A DNA stretch of 63,841 nt, filler included, from Octopus bimaculoides (lineage: Eukaryota), in the NCBI RefSeq assembly GCF_001194135.2. It is 10 parts of 10 records of this genome, joined end to end, with 100 filler letters (N's around TTAATTAATTAA, not from the genome) between each part and the next. Parts side by side here need not be neighbours in the genome. Positions count along the whole stretch, not along the records: positions 15,131 to 26,893 come from NC_069002.1; positions 26,994 to 30,120 come from NC_069007.1; positions 30,221 to 42,595 come from NC_069000.1; 7 more parts are not named here. The stretch is one strand, 5' to 3'. The notes beneath the pieces were generated by a model. That model searched no databases, had not been told where the DNA came from, and saw only the letters and a program-made list of their open reading frames with translations. Each line of letters begins with the position of its first letter. Within the stretch, counting starts at the first letter, position 1. The translations under genes were made by a program, and so were the position numbers. Below are positions 24,322 through 38,000 of the stretch, in pieces.

Positions 24322-25099
24322 CACACACACATTTATGAATGTATGTATATTTATTTGTATTTAAACAATGGAAGTTAGACAGTTGAAGCCAAAGTTATTC
24401 TCTCTGGGGAGACGTAAATTCTCAGTGGAGATTAAATTCTCAGAGATGCCATCAACCATGCAGTCAGCCACTCTCACCAACTCTGCTAGAGATAGAAAAG
24501 TAGCACAGGTGGTCAAGAAACCTAACCCTAACCCTAAATCTACAGAATGAGTTTAGTTTCCCAGAGATGAAAACGACGTTTCTGCGCTCCGGGCAAAGAG
24601 GAAGGGGCTCTGCCAAGAAATCTTCAATTTATGCTTTCCTGATCCCATTGTTTCTAGATAAGATTGGAAATTATTTGAAGCTTTCTCAACTCCGGGCCTG
24701 ATGGTATGCTTGTTCTGATAAAAGAAACCCTAACATTCATCCGTATGTAATGTGACATCGTAACGTATCACTATGTAACGTGACAGTCGCCCCATTAACC
24801 GCTACAAGGGATCTGCATAGTCCTCACTGTGGGCAGGTTGTTTAGTTTTGGCAGTAGCATTTTATGGCTTCGGTATACAGCTTGTTTCCAGATGTAGCCT
24901 CCGATGTTATACAATCTAGGCAACAGTAGTTAACGCTGAAATTATAGGCATTCAGTTGGTTGTGGAATGTATTGTATTTATATGTGCTTAAGGCTCCAGT
25001 ATTGAGTACAACTTCAATAATAATTGTGACTATGTGTATGTGAGTGTATGTTATCAAGAGATATACTTGGAAATTTGGGTATACTGCGTTTACAGAGAC

Positions 25100-25135
<36 letters not shown>

Positions 25136-25198
25136 TGTATGTATATATATATAGTTATGTATATTATATACATAAATATATATGTATGTATATTATAT

Positions 25199-25237
<39 letters not shown>

Positions 25238-25338
25238 TGACATACATATATATTTACGCATATTTTATATATATCATATATAAATGCATGTATATACATA
25301 CAAAGATACATACTCACACACACACACACACACACGCG

Positions 25339-25373
<35 letters not shown>

Positions 25374-25482
25374 GTGTGTGTGTGTATATACTAATATGTA
25401 TTCATAGAATTTCTTGATTAATAAATAGACAGAGAGGCGGAGAGATAGATAGACTGATAAATAAACAGACATACAGACAGAC

Positions 25483-25545
<63 letters not shown>

Positions 25546-27369
25546 CAGACAGATAGATAAATACATATGGAGAGAAGAAAGGGAGGTTAAGCAGATATAA
25601 TGTTGGTTGTTGCTGCAACTTAATACAACATGGCAGAGTAATGAATATCATATTTAAGTGACATTTAACAGAATAAAGTTTGACCTCATCCACAGATATT
25701 CAACTCACACTTGACTTAACTGTTGCATACACGTGGCGACATTTTTGTCTTATAAAAAATGTTTCTGCGTACGTATTCACATACGTACATACATGCATAT
25801 AGACATACTTAAACACGCACACAAACAAGTGTATGTATATGNNNNNNNNNNNNNNNNNNNNNNNNNNNNNNNNNNNNNNNNNNNNNNNNNNNNNNNNNNN
25901 NNNNNNNNNNNNNNNNNNNNNNNNNNNNNNNNNNNNNNNNNNNNNNNNNNNNNNNNNNNNNNNNNNNNNNNNNNNNNNNNNNNNNNNNNNNNNNNNNNNN
26001 NNNNNNNNNNNNNNNNNNNNNNNNNNNNNNNNNNNNNNNNNNNNNNNNNNNNNNNNNNNNNNNNNNNNNNNNNNNNNNNNNNNNNNNNNNNNNNNNNNNN
26101 NNNNNNNNNNNNNNNNNNNNNNNNNNNNNNNNNNNNNNNNNNNNNNNNNNNNNNNNNNNNNNNNNNNNNNNNNNNNNNNNNNNNNNNNNNNNNNNNNNNN
26201 NNNNNNNNNNNNNNNNNNNNNNNNNNNNNNNNNNNNNNNNNNNNNNNNNNNNNNNNNNNNNNNNNNNNNNNNNNNNNNNNNNNNNNNNNNNNNNNNNNNN
26301 NNNNNNNNNNNNNNATATATATGCATATATGGGTACAGGACGTCACAAAACGTAAACAACATGAAATACGAAGACAAACTTGGGTATGGGAATAATGAGA
26401 GAATCAAATGGAAAACAAGACAAGTAGCATAAAAAAAACGACCCTTCATCAGTTGTCAGCTGTCCATCTACTCCTCATTTCGAGCAATTAACGTCAATAT
26501 GGGGCTTCGATAATGCAGTTGGTCCCGCGAACCAAAATAAAATTTGGGATTTGCGAAGGGTCAAAGATGGTAACAAAAACAGGACAGTGTATACATACAA
26601 CAAACCGAACGAAAACAAACAAGGTGGGCCGTTAGGCCAGACGAGGTAAGGTAGCGAACGCTGGAGGAATATTGTATTTGGCAAAAGAAAAGATAGGAGA
26701 GGAGACAGATGAGAATGCGACTGGTGTTCCCAAATTATTTATATAAATTTGAATGGTTGTAATACTGATGGCACCTTGGTGTATGTATGCGAATATGCAC
26801 ATATATATATGTATGCATGTTTGTAAATATGCATATATGTATACATATATGTATGTATGTATATATATATGTATATACATATATATATATATANNNNNNN
26901 NNNNNNNNNNNNNNNNNNNNNNNNNNNNNNNNNNNNNTTAATTAATTAANNNNNNNNNNNNNNNNNNNNNNNNNNNNNNNNNNNNNNNNNNNNATATATA
27001 TATATATATATATACACTCGTCTTGAGCTCCCGCAAAACCCAAAGAACGGAGAAAAAAAAACAAAACAGTTGCGGTTGAACGAGAGAGAGGTGATAGAGA
27101 GAGAGAGAGGAAATAGAGAGGAGGGAGAGGGAGGATATATAGAGAGAGAAAACAGACAAAGGGGAGAGGGTGGCTAGTAACTTGTAGCAAGTTGGCAAAT
27201 ACTTTGGAATTTAGAACACAACGTAAGGAAACCCGCATCATTATTATGTACCCCCAGCACTATTTTAAATGGGGGTACTTAGAGGGTAGCGGTTGAATAA
27301 GTACTCTCTCTCTCTCTCTCTCTCCCACCATCTTACTCTCTCTTTCACTTCCTCTATTTCTCTCGAAAC

Positions 27370-27411
<42 letters not shown>

Positions 27412-28149
27412 TAATCGATCTAAAGGTATGTATGTGTGTATGTATGTACGTTTGTATGTGCCCCAGCATGGCCATAGTCTAGTGACTGAAATTTTAAAAA
27501 ATAAATAAAGGTGCCATGCAGTGGGACTAAACTCGGAACCATGTGGTTGAGAAGCAAACTTCTTACCACTCAGTCACATCAGCGCCTGTAAGTGTGTATA
27601 TATACAAATATATGCGTGCGTGTGTGTGTGTGTGTGTATTTGGTTTTTAGAGATTTTTTATTATATAATTATTTCACGGAAATATTTTTCTAAATGTTGT
27701 GATTTTATAAAGAATCTTCCTTGAAAACTTCACATATACAGGCGCAGGTGTGGCTTTGTGGTAAAAATCATATGATTTTGGGGTTAGTGCCACTCCCTGT
27801 CGACTTTGGCAAGTGTCTTCCATAGCCCCGGGCCTTATGAGTGAAATTTAGTTGCTTTCTTTTGCGGGGCTCAAATCTCATTTGCGAACCCGTGGAAAAC
27901 GAACCTCCACCAACTATTCTTATTTCTTTACTGCCCACAAGGGGCTACACACAGAGGGGACAAACAATGACAGACAAAGGGATTAACCCATTACATCCCA
28001 TAATTCTACTAACTGGAATTTTTTTAATGAAACTTTGATTTCTAGCATAAAACAGCCTTAGAAACACGCTGGAATGATCAAAATAACATTTTAAATAGAA
28101 ATAAGCGAGATATTGGGTGAAAATTAGCAAACCTCATTTGAATATCAGA

Positions 28150-28531
28150 GAAATATGTTGGCACTCAGTCGCTAACGACGTCGATGGTTGCATTTGATCA
28201 ACGGAACAGCCTGCTCGTGAAATTAACGTGCAAGTGGCTGAGCACTCCACAGACACGTGTACCCTTAACGTAGTTCTCGGGGAGATTCAGCGTGACACAG
28301 TGTGACAAGGCTGACCCTTTGAATTACAGGCACAACAGAAACAGGAAGTAAGAGTGAGAGAAAGTTGTGGTGAAAGAGTACAGCAGGGTTCGCCACCATC
28401 CCCTGCCGGAGCCTCGTGGAGCTTTAGGTGTTTTCGCTCAATAAACACTCACAACGCCCGGTCTGGGAATCGAAACCGCGATCCTATGACCGCGAGTCCG
28501 CTGCCCTAACCACTGGGCCATTGCGCCCCCA
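28150..28531 (-). mobile_element. Full-length tRNA-derived SINE-C
   Basis: Minus strand ggcgcaatggcccagtggttagg (A box)...ggtttcgattccc (B box), followed by a body of about 300 nt. Related copies at 43255-43570, 43850-44030, 55640-55915 and 62862-63060. Confidence 0.9.
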
Positions 28532-28604
28532 CACTCATATCTTTATATAGGAAACTACTGGTTCAATTGTCAACTAAAACGATGTTTATGAATGCATGGC
28601 TGTA

Positions 28605-28805
28605 TGGGTGTACTTTGGCACAAGGCCAGCAAGATAAGGGGAGAGGGTAAGTCGATTACATCGACCCCAGTGAAGAACTGGTACTTATTTCATCGACCCT
28701 AAAAAGGATAAGAATAAGGTCGACTTCTGTGGAGTTTTGAGCTCAGAACGTAAAGACGGATAAGATATCGCTCAGCATTTTGTCCGGTATGCTAACGACT
28801 CCGCC
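28605..28805 (-). mobile_element. SINE-A copy
   Basis: Reverse-complement match. Confidence 0.8.
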
Positions 28806-29077
28806 TGATTTCGTGGAGATATTGATATTTGGGTCACATGAATACAGTGTATGTGCTCCGGCTCTCGGTTCAGGTATTACGGAGGTCAGCCTTGCTCTTT
28901 ACCATTATGGAATCGATAAACCATCACACAGAAACTAGAATCGATTCTCTCAATCACTCTTTCTGTTTTTTTTTTTTTCTGGGAATTGCATTGAGAAAAG
29001 GGTCGTGGGCTCGGGGAGATTTTTCAGTGTTTCTTCTTCCAGTTATGGGAGATGTTCAACTTTCTTTTTATTCATAG

Positions 29078-29250
29078 AAACAACTGATATGCGACTGGAA
29101 CATTCTAAGGACGGAATCAATGTACAAGACTTCTTGGACGAACGGGATACTAAAATGGCAATACTGCAGTCTCACACTTCCTCTTTATCTGATGACGAAC
29201 AAACGTCCAAAACAATATATTCTTTAGCTCTGACGGAGACTGAGCATATG
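29078..29250 (+). CDS. Candidate isolated coding exon, unknown product (TTDMRLEHSKDGINVQDFLDERDTKMAILQSHTSSLSDDEQTSKTIYSLALTETEHM)
   Basis: Strong acceptor tttctttttattcatag, open 173-bp frame of non-repetitive composition, donor ATG|gtattc. Confidence 0.5.
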
Positions 29251-29496
29251 GTATTCATCTGGAAACTTGCGTAGAAAGAAATATACACACATATGTACAT
29301 ACATGCTACATGCTTATATTAATAGATATATGTATATTCAAATATACACTCATATATACACACATATAGACATATAGATGTCTATATAAATGTATATATG
29401 TATATGCATATATATAAATGTATATATAAGTACATACATACGGACGCACGTGTTTGCATATATATACCTATATATCTATATTATACATGCCTTTGA

Positions 29497-29520
<24 letters not shown>

Positions 29521-29528
<8 letters not shown>

Positions 29529-30120
29529 TGCCCCCTCGTTATCGAGTATGGCCATTGCACGAATCTTAACTTAACGGTGCTGTGATCGAATGTGACTTTT
29601 TAGCCCAGCCAAAGATCTACAATGTTGTTGTAACTGGGCTCCATGTACCTTTGCGTGTCGTTCAAGTCCTCCTGCTGGATCACACTCCCTTCCACATGCC
29701 CGACAGACAGGATTAGTATGGTGTGTAGCATCATCTCCAGCGGCCTGGTGGTCAATCATCGGTCTTGCTTTATGACTCCGAAGATGACTCATGAGTCCAA
29801 TTTTACTGAGTCACGGTCTTGCACAGACACTGCATGTCAGTGTCATAGGAAGACCCTTGCCATCTGGAAGTGCAACAACAATGCCCTTCCTGACATCCCC
29901 CCTTAATTTCTCATGTGCAATTCGTGATTTCTCAAAAATAGTTGTCTCCACAATCCTTCTCCACCTGCCACGGTCAATAGCTATGCCTTCCCACGTGTTA
30001 GGAGAGATGTTGGCATCTCTCAAGGAAACCTTCAGCAAGTCTTTATACCTCATTTTTGGCTTATGTGGAGGTCGTTCTCCTTTAGCTAACTCTCCATAAA
30101 AGAGTTGTTTTGGCATCCTT
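29521..30120 (-). mobile_element. RTE-clade LINE 3' end with C2H2-type zinc fingers
   Basis: MPKQLFYGEL..GERPPHKPKMRYKDLLK is a typical RTE C-terminus. It is followed by CSVCARP*LSKIGLMSHLRSH, CRACGRECDPAGGLERHAKVH and a partial third finger, then a short 3' UTR ending in (AT)n. Confidence 0.85.
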
Positions 30121-30220
30121 NNNNNNNNNNNNNNNNNNNNNNNNNNNNNNNNNNNNNNNNNNNNTTAATTAATTAANNNNNNNNNNNNNNNNNNNNNNNN
30201 NNNNNNNNNNNNNNNNNNNN

Positions 30221-30261
<41 letters not shown>

Positions 30262-31641
30262 CTGTCCTGATGCCTACTATCCAAGCCTCTGTTTAGGTAG
30301 GCCAGCCCAGCCTCCTTTGGGTTGTATGAGGCAGTTGTATTCTCAGACTACCTCAACAATAGTTCTTCTGCAACTCTGAGGATGTTATATCTCACTTTTG
30401 AGTATGCATGGAATGTACTCGTTTCTTTCTATACTGTTCAGCAGGTGCTGTCTGAGTGATACAAAGTGACATTCAAAGGCTGTTTGGACTGACCATATGC
30501 CTCTACCGCCATTGCATCGTTTCACATAAATCCTATCGGTGTTGCTGCTAATGTGGAAGCTGCTTGTACTGGCCAATACCTTTCTGATTTTGATATCCAG
30601 GCTGCGCAACTCGTCGAGTGTCCAGTCAAATATCCCAAATATTGGTACTAGCGTTGGCACTGCTAAAGCATTATGAGATAAGGTCTTGTTAAATGCGAAC
30701 AGTTCTGAGTTCCATATTTTCCGGAATCTGCAGCAGCACTCTTTTGTTATTCTGGCTATATTCACAGCAGCAACATATGCAGAATTTTCATCCATTCCAA
30801 TGTACTAGTAATTTTCATCATTAGAGATAGGGGAGATAGACAAGTCTTTGATGTAAATATTCTCTGCCTGGTCGACAGTCTTTCCTCGGTTGATTATCAT
30901 GTATGAGAATTTATCTCGCCCAAACTTCATTCCTATGTCGTGTGAGAATGTGAGTAGGTCTAATTGTCTCTTGGTGTTGATCCTATTAACAGAATATAAC
31001 TTTAGGTCAACAACAAAAAATATGTGGGTGACATTCATTTAATTCTGTTTCGCATATCCCAGCATGTATCCTTGACATTTTGTTAACAGGGCTGACAAAG
31101 GATTCACTGCCAGTACAAGCAACATTACAGATAAACTACCAGCCTGGAATATGTGTGTTGATAGCTTAATTCTGTTTGTTATAATTGGCGTTACTTTAGT
31201 AGTTGTCAGTGATAACTGTGTGGAATATGCATATGCTGTGGTCTGTCTTTCAATGGCATTCATTATAGCAGCTGGTACTTTGGCAATGTGTAGTGATTCT
31301 ATCACCCATGAGTGATACACGGAATCGAATGCATTCTTGTAGTCTAGCCATATCGTTAAAAGATCACAGAAGTAGTGCTTGGCTTCTTGAAGGACAGCTT
31401 TGTTGACGAGGAGCTGTTCAGCACAACTCCAGACTCCTTTCTTTCCTCCGGACTGTGCATCATTTATCATACCATTTGTTTGGAAATGGTCTTGGAGAAA
31501 CATACTGAGACAACCTGTGTACAGTTTGAACGTAACATTCAAGTATACTATGGGTCTATAGTTTTTGGCCACATGGGTCTCTTTGTTCTTGGTGATAGGT
31601 TCCTCAGAATTTCCTAGTAGAATGTGAGTCTGTTGTACCAA
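30262..31641 (-). mobile_element. R4/Dong-clade non-LTR retrotransposon, decayed RT region
   Basis: Motifs NYRPIVYLN, WLDYKNAFDSV, IFQAGSLS, HIFFVVDLKLY and NGGRGI, with frameshifts and stops. Cut off at a (TA)n tract. Confidence 0.9.
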
Positions 31642-31724
31642 GCAGCCTAATTAACGCTCATTCTGTCAGATTAACGCTTGTCTATATGCATAGCAGTACA
31701 TAAACGATACTCAAAAAGTAAACA

Positions 31725-33510
31725 AAACCGAAACAATGAAGAAAGTGCCATCATGGGTTTTGAAGATAAAGAAAAGGATAGCTAATCTACGGAAGGCCAT
31801 CAGCCATGTGATGATGCTTATTGCTTGCAAACAAGCAAATTACTATACGTCTCACCAACAGCAAGTGAAGAAGGAAATAGAAGTGATGTTTGAAGGTAGT
31901 AAAAAGAGAACACTCACTTGTAAACTGATCACCTTCAAGCAGGATCTAAAATCTGTCAGTGAGAAACTTCGACATCAAAAGAGAATAACCGAGAGAAAAT
32001 CAATAAACAAAAATTTTAACCGGAACCAGGCAACAGTGTATAGAGGCATGAGTGGAGAAGTAGTGAACATCATGGAACCTCCTTCACGAGAGGACCTAGG
32101 CTCCTTCTGGAAGAAAATTTGGAGCAAAGAGATGGAGTTTAACCGAGATGCTATGTGGCAGGAAGAAATTCGAAGAAGTTATTGTCCTTGTATTACACCC
32201 AAGACATGCAGCATTTATGGTGATACCAATGTGATCCAGAAACTTCAGGATAGAAAAGCACTTGGAAGAGACTTGACTGTTAGGTACTGGTACAAGAAGC
32301 TAACCTTCTACCGACCATATCTTATCAACCTGTACCAGCAAGATCTCAATGGGAATAATAACATATCAGACTTGTTGGCTCTGGCAGAACCGACCACATG
32401 GCAAAAAACTACAGGCTAACTGCATGCCAGAACTTAATGTACAAAATATAAACAATATGTTCAAATCTCTTCCTCCAAGACCATTGTGAAAGTAATAACA
32501 TTATCACAGCAGAACCAGCAGTTAATAAGCAGAACCAGCTAACGCTAATAAACAAAACTGTAATGTCAGAGGTGAGGTAGCATAGAAGGAACCTAATCTC
32601 AATGTGGCTGAAATACAAGAAAGCCTTTTACTCTGCCCCCCCCCCCCCCCCACACACACACACTCATGGATGCTAAGAACCCTTCGACTTGCTAAAGTTC
32701 CAATGAGCATAGTCAAAGCCATAGCTGATCTGGCTTCATTGTGGGCCACCATTTTGAAGTTAAATACAATGAGTGACTGCATTAAAACTGATATAATACA
32801 GCATCACAGAGGTATATCCCAAGGTGACAGCCTCTCTGTGATGTTGTTTATACTTTCTGTAGACCTCTTGTCCTTCATGTTAAGGAAGTTTGAAGGATCT
32901 CACACTGGTTCACAAGAAAACAGAAATATCAAATTTACGCACTATTTCTTTGTGGATGACTCGAAACTATAAGTCAAGAATATGCATGAAATGAAGAGCC
33001 TTGACCAGGTTATAATATTCTCAAAGGATAAAAAGTAGGAGTTTGGTTGAGATGAATGTTGCTATATAGTGGTGAAAAGAGGGAAAACTGTAAACCAGAT
33101 TAGCAACATCTCCATCAATGACTTAACTGTTTCCCCTATATTTTATAAGGAATATTACAGGTATCTAGTGGTAGACGAAAACATATCTTACGATGACACT
33201 TGTAACAAAATACGTGTCACTAAAGAATATTACAGCCAAATAAAGAGAATATGGACCTCGGAACTCTCTGCGTTCGATAAACAGTAGCTCACAATGTGTT
33301 TGCAGTGCCAGTACTCATACCAACATTTGGCTACTTGAATGGACACTTGATATGAAAACCCGGAAGATACTAACTAGCACACATAATTCCCATATCAACA
33401 GTGATGTAGACCGCCTCGACTTAAGACAACAAAAGACAAGAGGGAAGAGGCCTAATATCGATCCAGACTGCCTTTGAATGTCGTATCATATCCTTTCGGA
33501 AATATGTTTT
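31725..33510 (+). mobile_element. Second R4/Dong-clade LINE, pre-RT region plus decayed RT
   Basis: VPSWVLKIKKRIANLR, FWKKIWS, RGISQGDSLSVMLF, HYFFVDDSKL, YRYL, IWTSELSAFDK and GRGLISIQTAFEC. Multiple stops. Confidence 0.9.
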
Positions 33511-34022
33511 AACCATATATATGTGCGTGTGTGTGTGTCTTTATGTCTGTATTTGTCCCCCATTGCCCGCTTGACAACCGGTGTTGGTGTGTTCATGCCC
33601 CCTTAACATAGCGGTTCGGCCGACAGAAGAGGCCGGTAGAATAATTTACCAGGCTTGAAAAAAGAAATGAACGGTCGATTTGTTCAACTAAAACCCTTTA
33701 AGGCAGTGCCCAGCATGGCTGCAGTCTGATGACTGAAACAAGCAAAAGATTTAAAAAAAGATAAAAATAAAAATATATATTTGTGCGCGTGTTTATATAT
33801 GTATAAATACGTGTGTGTGTGTGTGNNNNNNNNNNNNNNNNNNNNNNNNNNNNNNNNNNNNNNTATGTGCGTGCGTGCGTGCGTGCGTGTGTGCGTGCGT
33901 GCGTGCGTGCGTGCGTGCGTACAGACATGACAGAAGTATACAGACACCATTAATCGTTAAAATTTCTTTAAATCTGAAATTATGCATTCAAATTATTTAT
34001 TAATTGTTATAATGTGAATATC

Positions 34023-35053
34023 TAATATCTGGTAGACATGCTCTTTGCATTTTTCAATGCAAGGAGCCTATTGGGCATGTTACTGATCAGATGATGAACA
34101 TTCTCTTGCGGAATTTCTTGCCAAGTTTCATGCAGTAATCTCAAAAGATCTGGCTTCGAAGGTCCTTTTTTGTTCTTTTTATGAAATNNNNNNNNNNGAA
34201 GGTCCTTTTTTGTTCTTTTTATGAAATGTCCTGTCCATTATGTCCCAGATGTGTTCAATAGGGTTCATATCTGGTGACTGGCTTGTCCATGGAAGCTTTT
34301 TAATGCTATTCTCATCCAACAAATCTTGGATTATTTCAGCCGTATGACAAGGTGCCTCATCTTCCATAAATAGTCTTCTATAATCATTTCATCACTGGAG
34401 AAGATTGGAAGGAGTCTTTCTGCAATATGCACACATATTTATCCGAGTTTATGTTTCTCTCACACTCCACCAGCTCTGATCACCATTGCTCCAATTTACT
34501 CCCCCAGACCATCACAGAATAACTGCCATGTTTCTTTGCTGGCTGCAATCTTTTCACATCACAGAGTCTTCAGACACACACTCGACCACTATCAGGAAAT
34601 ACAGCAAATCTTGACTCATCAGAGATTATGACAGTGTTGCAAAATGCTAGTGGCCTCTCCACCATCTCACTGGCCCAATCTTTTCTCCGCTTGATGTTGG
34701 CTGGAAGAAGTGGCTTCCTTCATGCTGCTCTGCTATAGTTTGTGGAGATACCTGAAAACTGTTCCAGGACTGACATCAACTTGTTCTGTTATGTCAGAAG
34801 CCTTGCAGCGAGGATTATCCTTTACACTTCTCTTAGAAAAAGAGAAGAATCCTGTCAGAGGGCCCCGGTTGATCTGGGCGAGGTTGATATAGGCTCCTTC
34901 CCTTCTCTGGTGAATTGAACAATCACTCTATTAGCTGTAGAAAGCGAGATCCCAAGGTTTTCAGCGATTTTACGCCGACTATGTCCACCTTCAGAGTGAC
35001 CCACAATATGGCCTCTTTGAAATTCAGACAGTTCCGAGGCTTTTTTTGCACAT
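34023..35053 (-). mobile_element. Tc1-family (DD34E) transposase pseudogene
   Basis: N-terminal [15 protein letters not shown] region, SDES, VMVWG, EDEAPCH, WTSQSPDMNPIEHIW and LISNMPNRLLALKNAK. Contains frameshifts. Confidence 0.9.
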
Positions 35054-36225
35054 CACATGATTAAACAGTCACATACAGAACCTGAAGCATAAAAATGTCA
35101 AGTAATAAAAAATATAAACCTTTACAAGTTAAAATAAACATAAACCGATGTTTTTATGGGGTGTCTCTGTATATATATATATATATATATNNNNNNNNNN
35201 NNNNNNNNNNNNNNNNNNNNNNNNNNNNNNNNNNNNNNNNNNNNNNNNNNNNNNNNNNNNNNNNNNNNNNNNNNNNNNNNNNNNNNNNNNNNNNNNNNNN
35301 NNNNNNNNNNNNNNNNNNNNNNNNNNNNNNNNNNNNNNNNNNNNNNNNNNNNNNNNNNNNNNNNNNNNNNNNNNNNNNNNNNNNNNNNNNNNNNNNNNNN
35401 NNNNNNNNNNNNNNNNNNNNNNNNNNNNNNNNNNNNNNNNNNNNNNNNNNNNNNNNNNNNNNNNNNNNNNNNNNNNNNNNNNNNNNNNNNNNNNNNNNNN
35501 NNNNNNNNNNNNNNNNNNNNNNNNNNNNNNNNNNNNNNNNNNNNNNNNNNNNNNNNNNNNNNNNNNNNNNNNNNNNNNNNNNNNNNNNNNNNNNNNNNNN
35601 NNNNNNNNNNNNNNNNNNNNNNNNNNNNNNNNNNNNNNNNNNNNNNNNNNNNNNNNNNNNNNNNNNNNNNNNNNNNNNNNNNNNNNNNNNNNNNNNNNNN
35701 NNNNNNNNNNNNNNNNNNNNNNNNNNNNNNNNNNNNNNNNNNNNNNNNNNNNNNNNNNNNNNNNNNNNNNNNNNNNNNNNNNNNNNNNNNNNNNNNNNNN
35801 NNNNNNNNNNNNNNNNNNNNNNNNNNNNNNNNNNNNNNNNNNNNNNNNNNNNNNNNNNNNNNNNNNNNNNNNNNNNNNNNNNNNNNNNNNNNNNNNNNNN
35901 NNNNNNNNNNNNNNNNNNNNNNNNNNNNNNNNNNNNNNNNNNNNNNNNNNNNNNNNNNNNNNNNNNNNNNNNNNNNNNNNNNNNNNNNNNNNNNNNNNNN
36001 NNNNNNNNNNNNNNNNNNNNNNNNNNNNNNNNNNNNNNNNNNNNNNNNNNNNNNNNNNNNNNNNNNNNNNNNNNNNNNNNNNNNNNNNNNNNNNNNNNNN
36101 NNNNNNNNNNNNNNNNNNNNNNNNNNNNNNNNNNNNNNNNNNNNNNNNNNCCAGTGTTTTTTTTTTTTTAGTTTTGTGCGTTTTGTTTTTTGCTATTATT
36201 TTATAAAAAATTAGTTGTGTTAGCC

Positions 36226-37999
36226 ATGGGTCTTATGAAGGTGAGTGCAAAGGGCAGTACTGAGAAGAAGGAGGAGCTGATTACGATAGAATTGAAGAAG
36301 GAAATCATTGATAAGCATGAGAGAGGAGCGCATGTTGTTGGCATAGTACGTCAACGATCTGCACCCTCCTGAAGAAAAAGGACGAGGTCAAGGCCGTTAC
36401 AACAACGAAAGGTTTCTCCAGGTTCTCCAAGCAACGTACCTCTGTACACGAAGAGATGGAAAAATTGCTTCTCCAGTGGATCAACGGGAAGCAACTCGCA
36501 GAGGATACGGTTACGGAGACCATCACCTGCGAGAAAGCACGAGCCTTGTATAGGGATTTCCTGAAGCAGAACCCTGGAACATCACCGGAGGAGACAGTAG
36601 TAGACGCATTTAAGGCCAGTCGCGGCTGGTTCGATAATAGCAAGAAGAGGACTGGTGTCCATAGCGTCATCAAGTATAGAGAAGCAGCAAGTTTTGGCAC
36701 GATGGCAGCTGAGGATTTCGTGCGTGAATTCCATCAGATCATCGCAACCAAGGGGTACATCGCACAACAGGTATTCAACTGTGATGAAACTGGCTTTTTG
36801 GGGGGGGGAAATGCCCAGAAGAACCTACATAACTGTAGAGAAAATGCCTGACCACAAGTCTATGAAGGATAGGCTAACTCTCACCCTTTGTGCCAATATG
36901 GATGGAGACTTTAAGATTAAGCCGTCCTTTGTCTATCATTCTGAAAACCCACGAGCGTTCAAGTCGTACAAGATCCCGAAGAAGAAATTGCAGGTCATAT
37001 GGAGGGCAAATGTTAAAGCCTGGTTCACCAGGCAATTCTTCACCGAGTGGATCAAACTTATCTTCGGATCAGCAGTGAGAAAGTACCTTCTGAAGCACAA
37101 TCTTCCTCTCAAGGCCCTCTTCAACTCCGACAAAACTCCTGCTCACTTTCCTAACTTCGAAGACGGTATCCTGGACGAATTTAAATTCATAAAAGTTCTA
37201 TACTGTTACTTGCCGCCCAAAGTAAGGAAAGAGTAGCCTGTAGATATATATACATATATACAACGAGGAACATTTTCGAACACTATTCCAAATGAAGCTG
37301 CAAGTTAGGGGTGGTATTTTGAAGTCACCGAAAATACAAACCTAACCTTTCGTGAGTTTTGGAAGGAGCACTACAGCATTGTTAACTACCTGAAAATCAT
37401 CAACATAGCCTGATACTTAGTAGATGAGCAGCAGCATTCGGATGCGGTAGAAGAGATTGGTTCACCGGAGGAGGACAGTGTAGCGGAGTTGGCTATCTCT
37501 ACAAGTGACAGTGTAGGCAAAATGGCAGTGTTTCTGAATTTGTAGAAAAATATCATCCGGAAAAAGTATCTACAGGTCGTGCAACTGCTTTATTTAATGA
37601 CTTTGCTCTGGCGCGTTATTGTAACATTTTGAAAGGCAGGAAAAAAGCAAACTTCCCTTGATGAAACGACCTGCAAGTGTAAAAAGTGAAGAAACTATGT
37701 CCAAAAAGCCTAAATTAAGCGAAGTGAGAGAGAAAACGACACAAACCGTTCTTCCTGAAGTCCTAATGGAAGGAGATTTTCCTTCCAAGCAATAATCATC
37801 CTCCCCGCTCGTCTTCCTCGAGCACAAATCGTCCTATCTTTAAGGTAATTAAATTCAGAAAATCAGTAAAAAACCAGTAAAAAAAATGATTTTTGAGGGG
37901 TTTTGATGAGCTGGAACGGATTAATTATATTTCAATTAATTTCAATGAGGAAAATTGATTTGCAAAACGAATTAAACTCATACTGCGAGATATCAACTG
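36226..37999 (+). mobile_element. Tigger/pogo DNA transposon, decayed transposase plus right TIR
   Basis: ITIELKKEII, MEKLLLQWI, FKASRGWF, QVFNCDETG, KDRLTL..CAN..GDFKIKP and WRAN.KAW. Right TIR at about 37966-37999. The left end lies in the gap. Confidence 0.92.
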
Positions 38000-38000
38000 T

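Noticed and set aside
24521-24537. Interstitial telomere-like CCTAACCCTAACCCTAA
   Set aside because: Fewer than three units, too short to interpret.
26340-26740. Possible hammerhead (CTGATGA on the minus strand near 26446-26452) in a PLE-like repeat
   Set aside because: No GAAA box or closing helices at a suitable distance.
33720-33745. CTGATGA-ct-GAAAC in a SINE-D tail
   Set aside because: No helix II or helix I. It is a point variant of the family tail cagtcaaatgactgaaac.
34158-34226. Direct repeat gaaggtcctttttgttctttttatgaaat inside the Tc1 element
   Set aside because: An exact duplicate across a 10-N gap, so an assembly overlap artefact.
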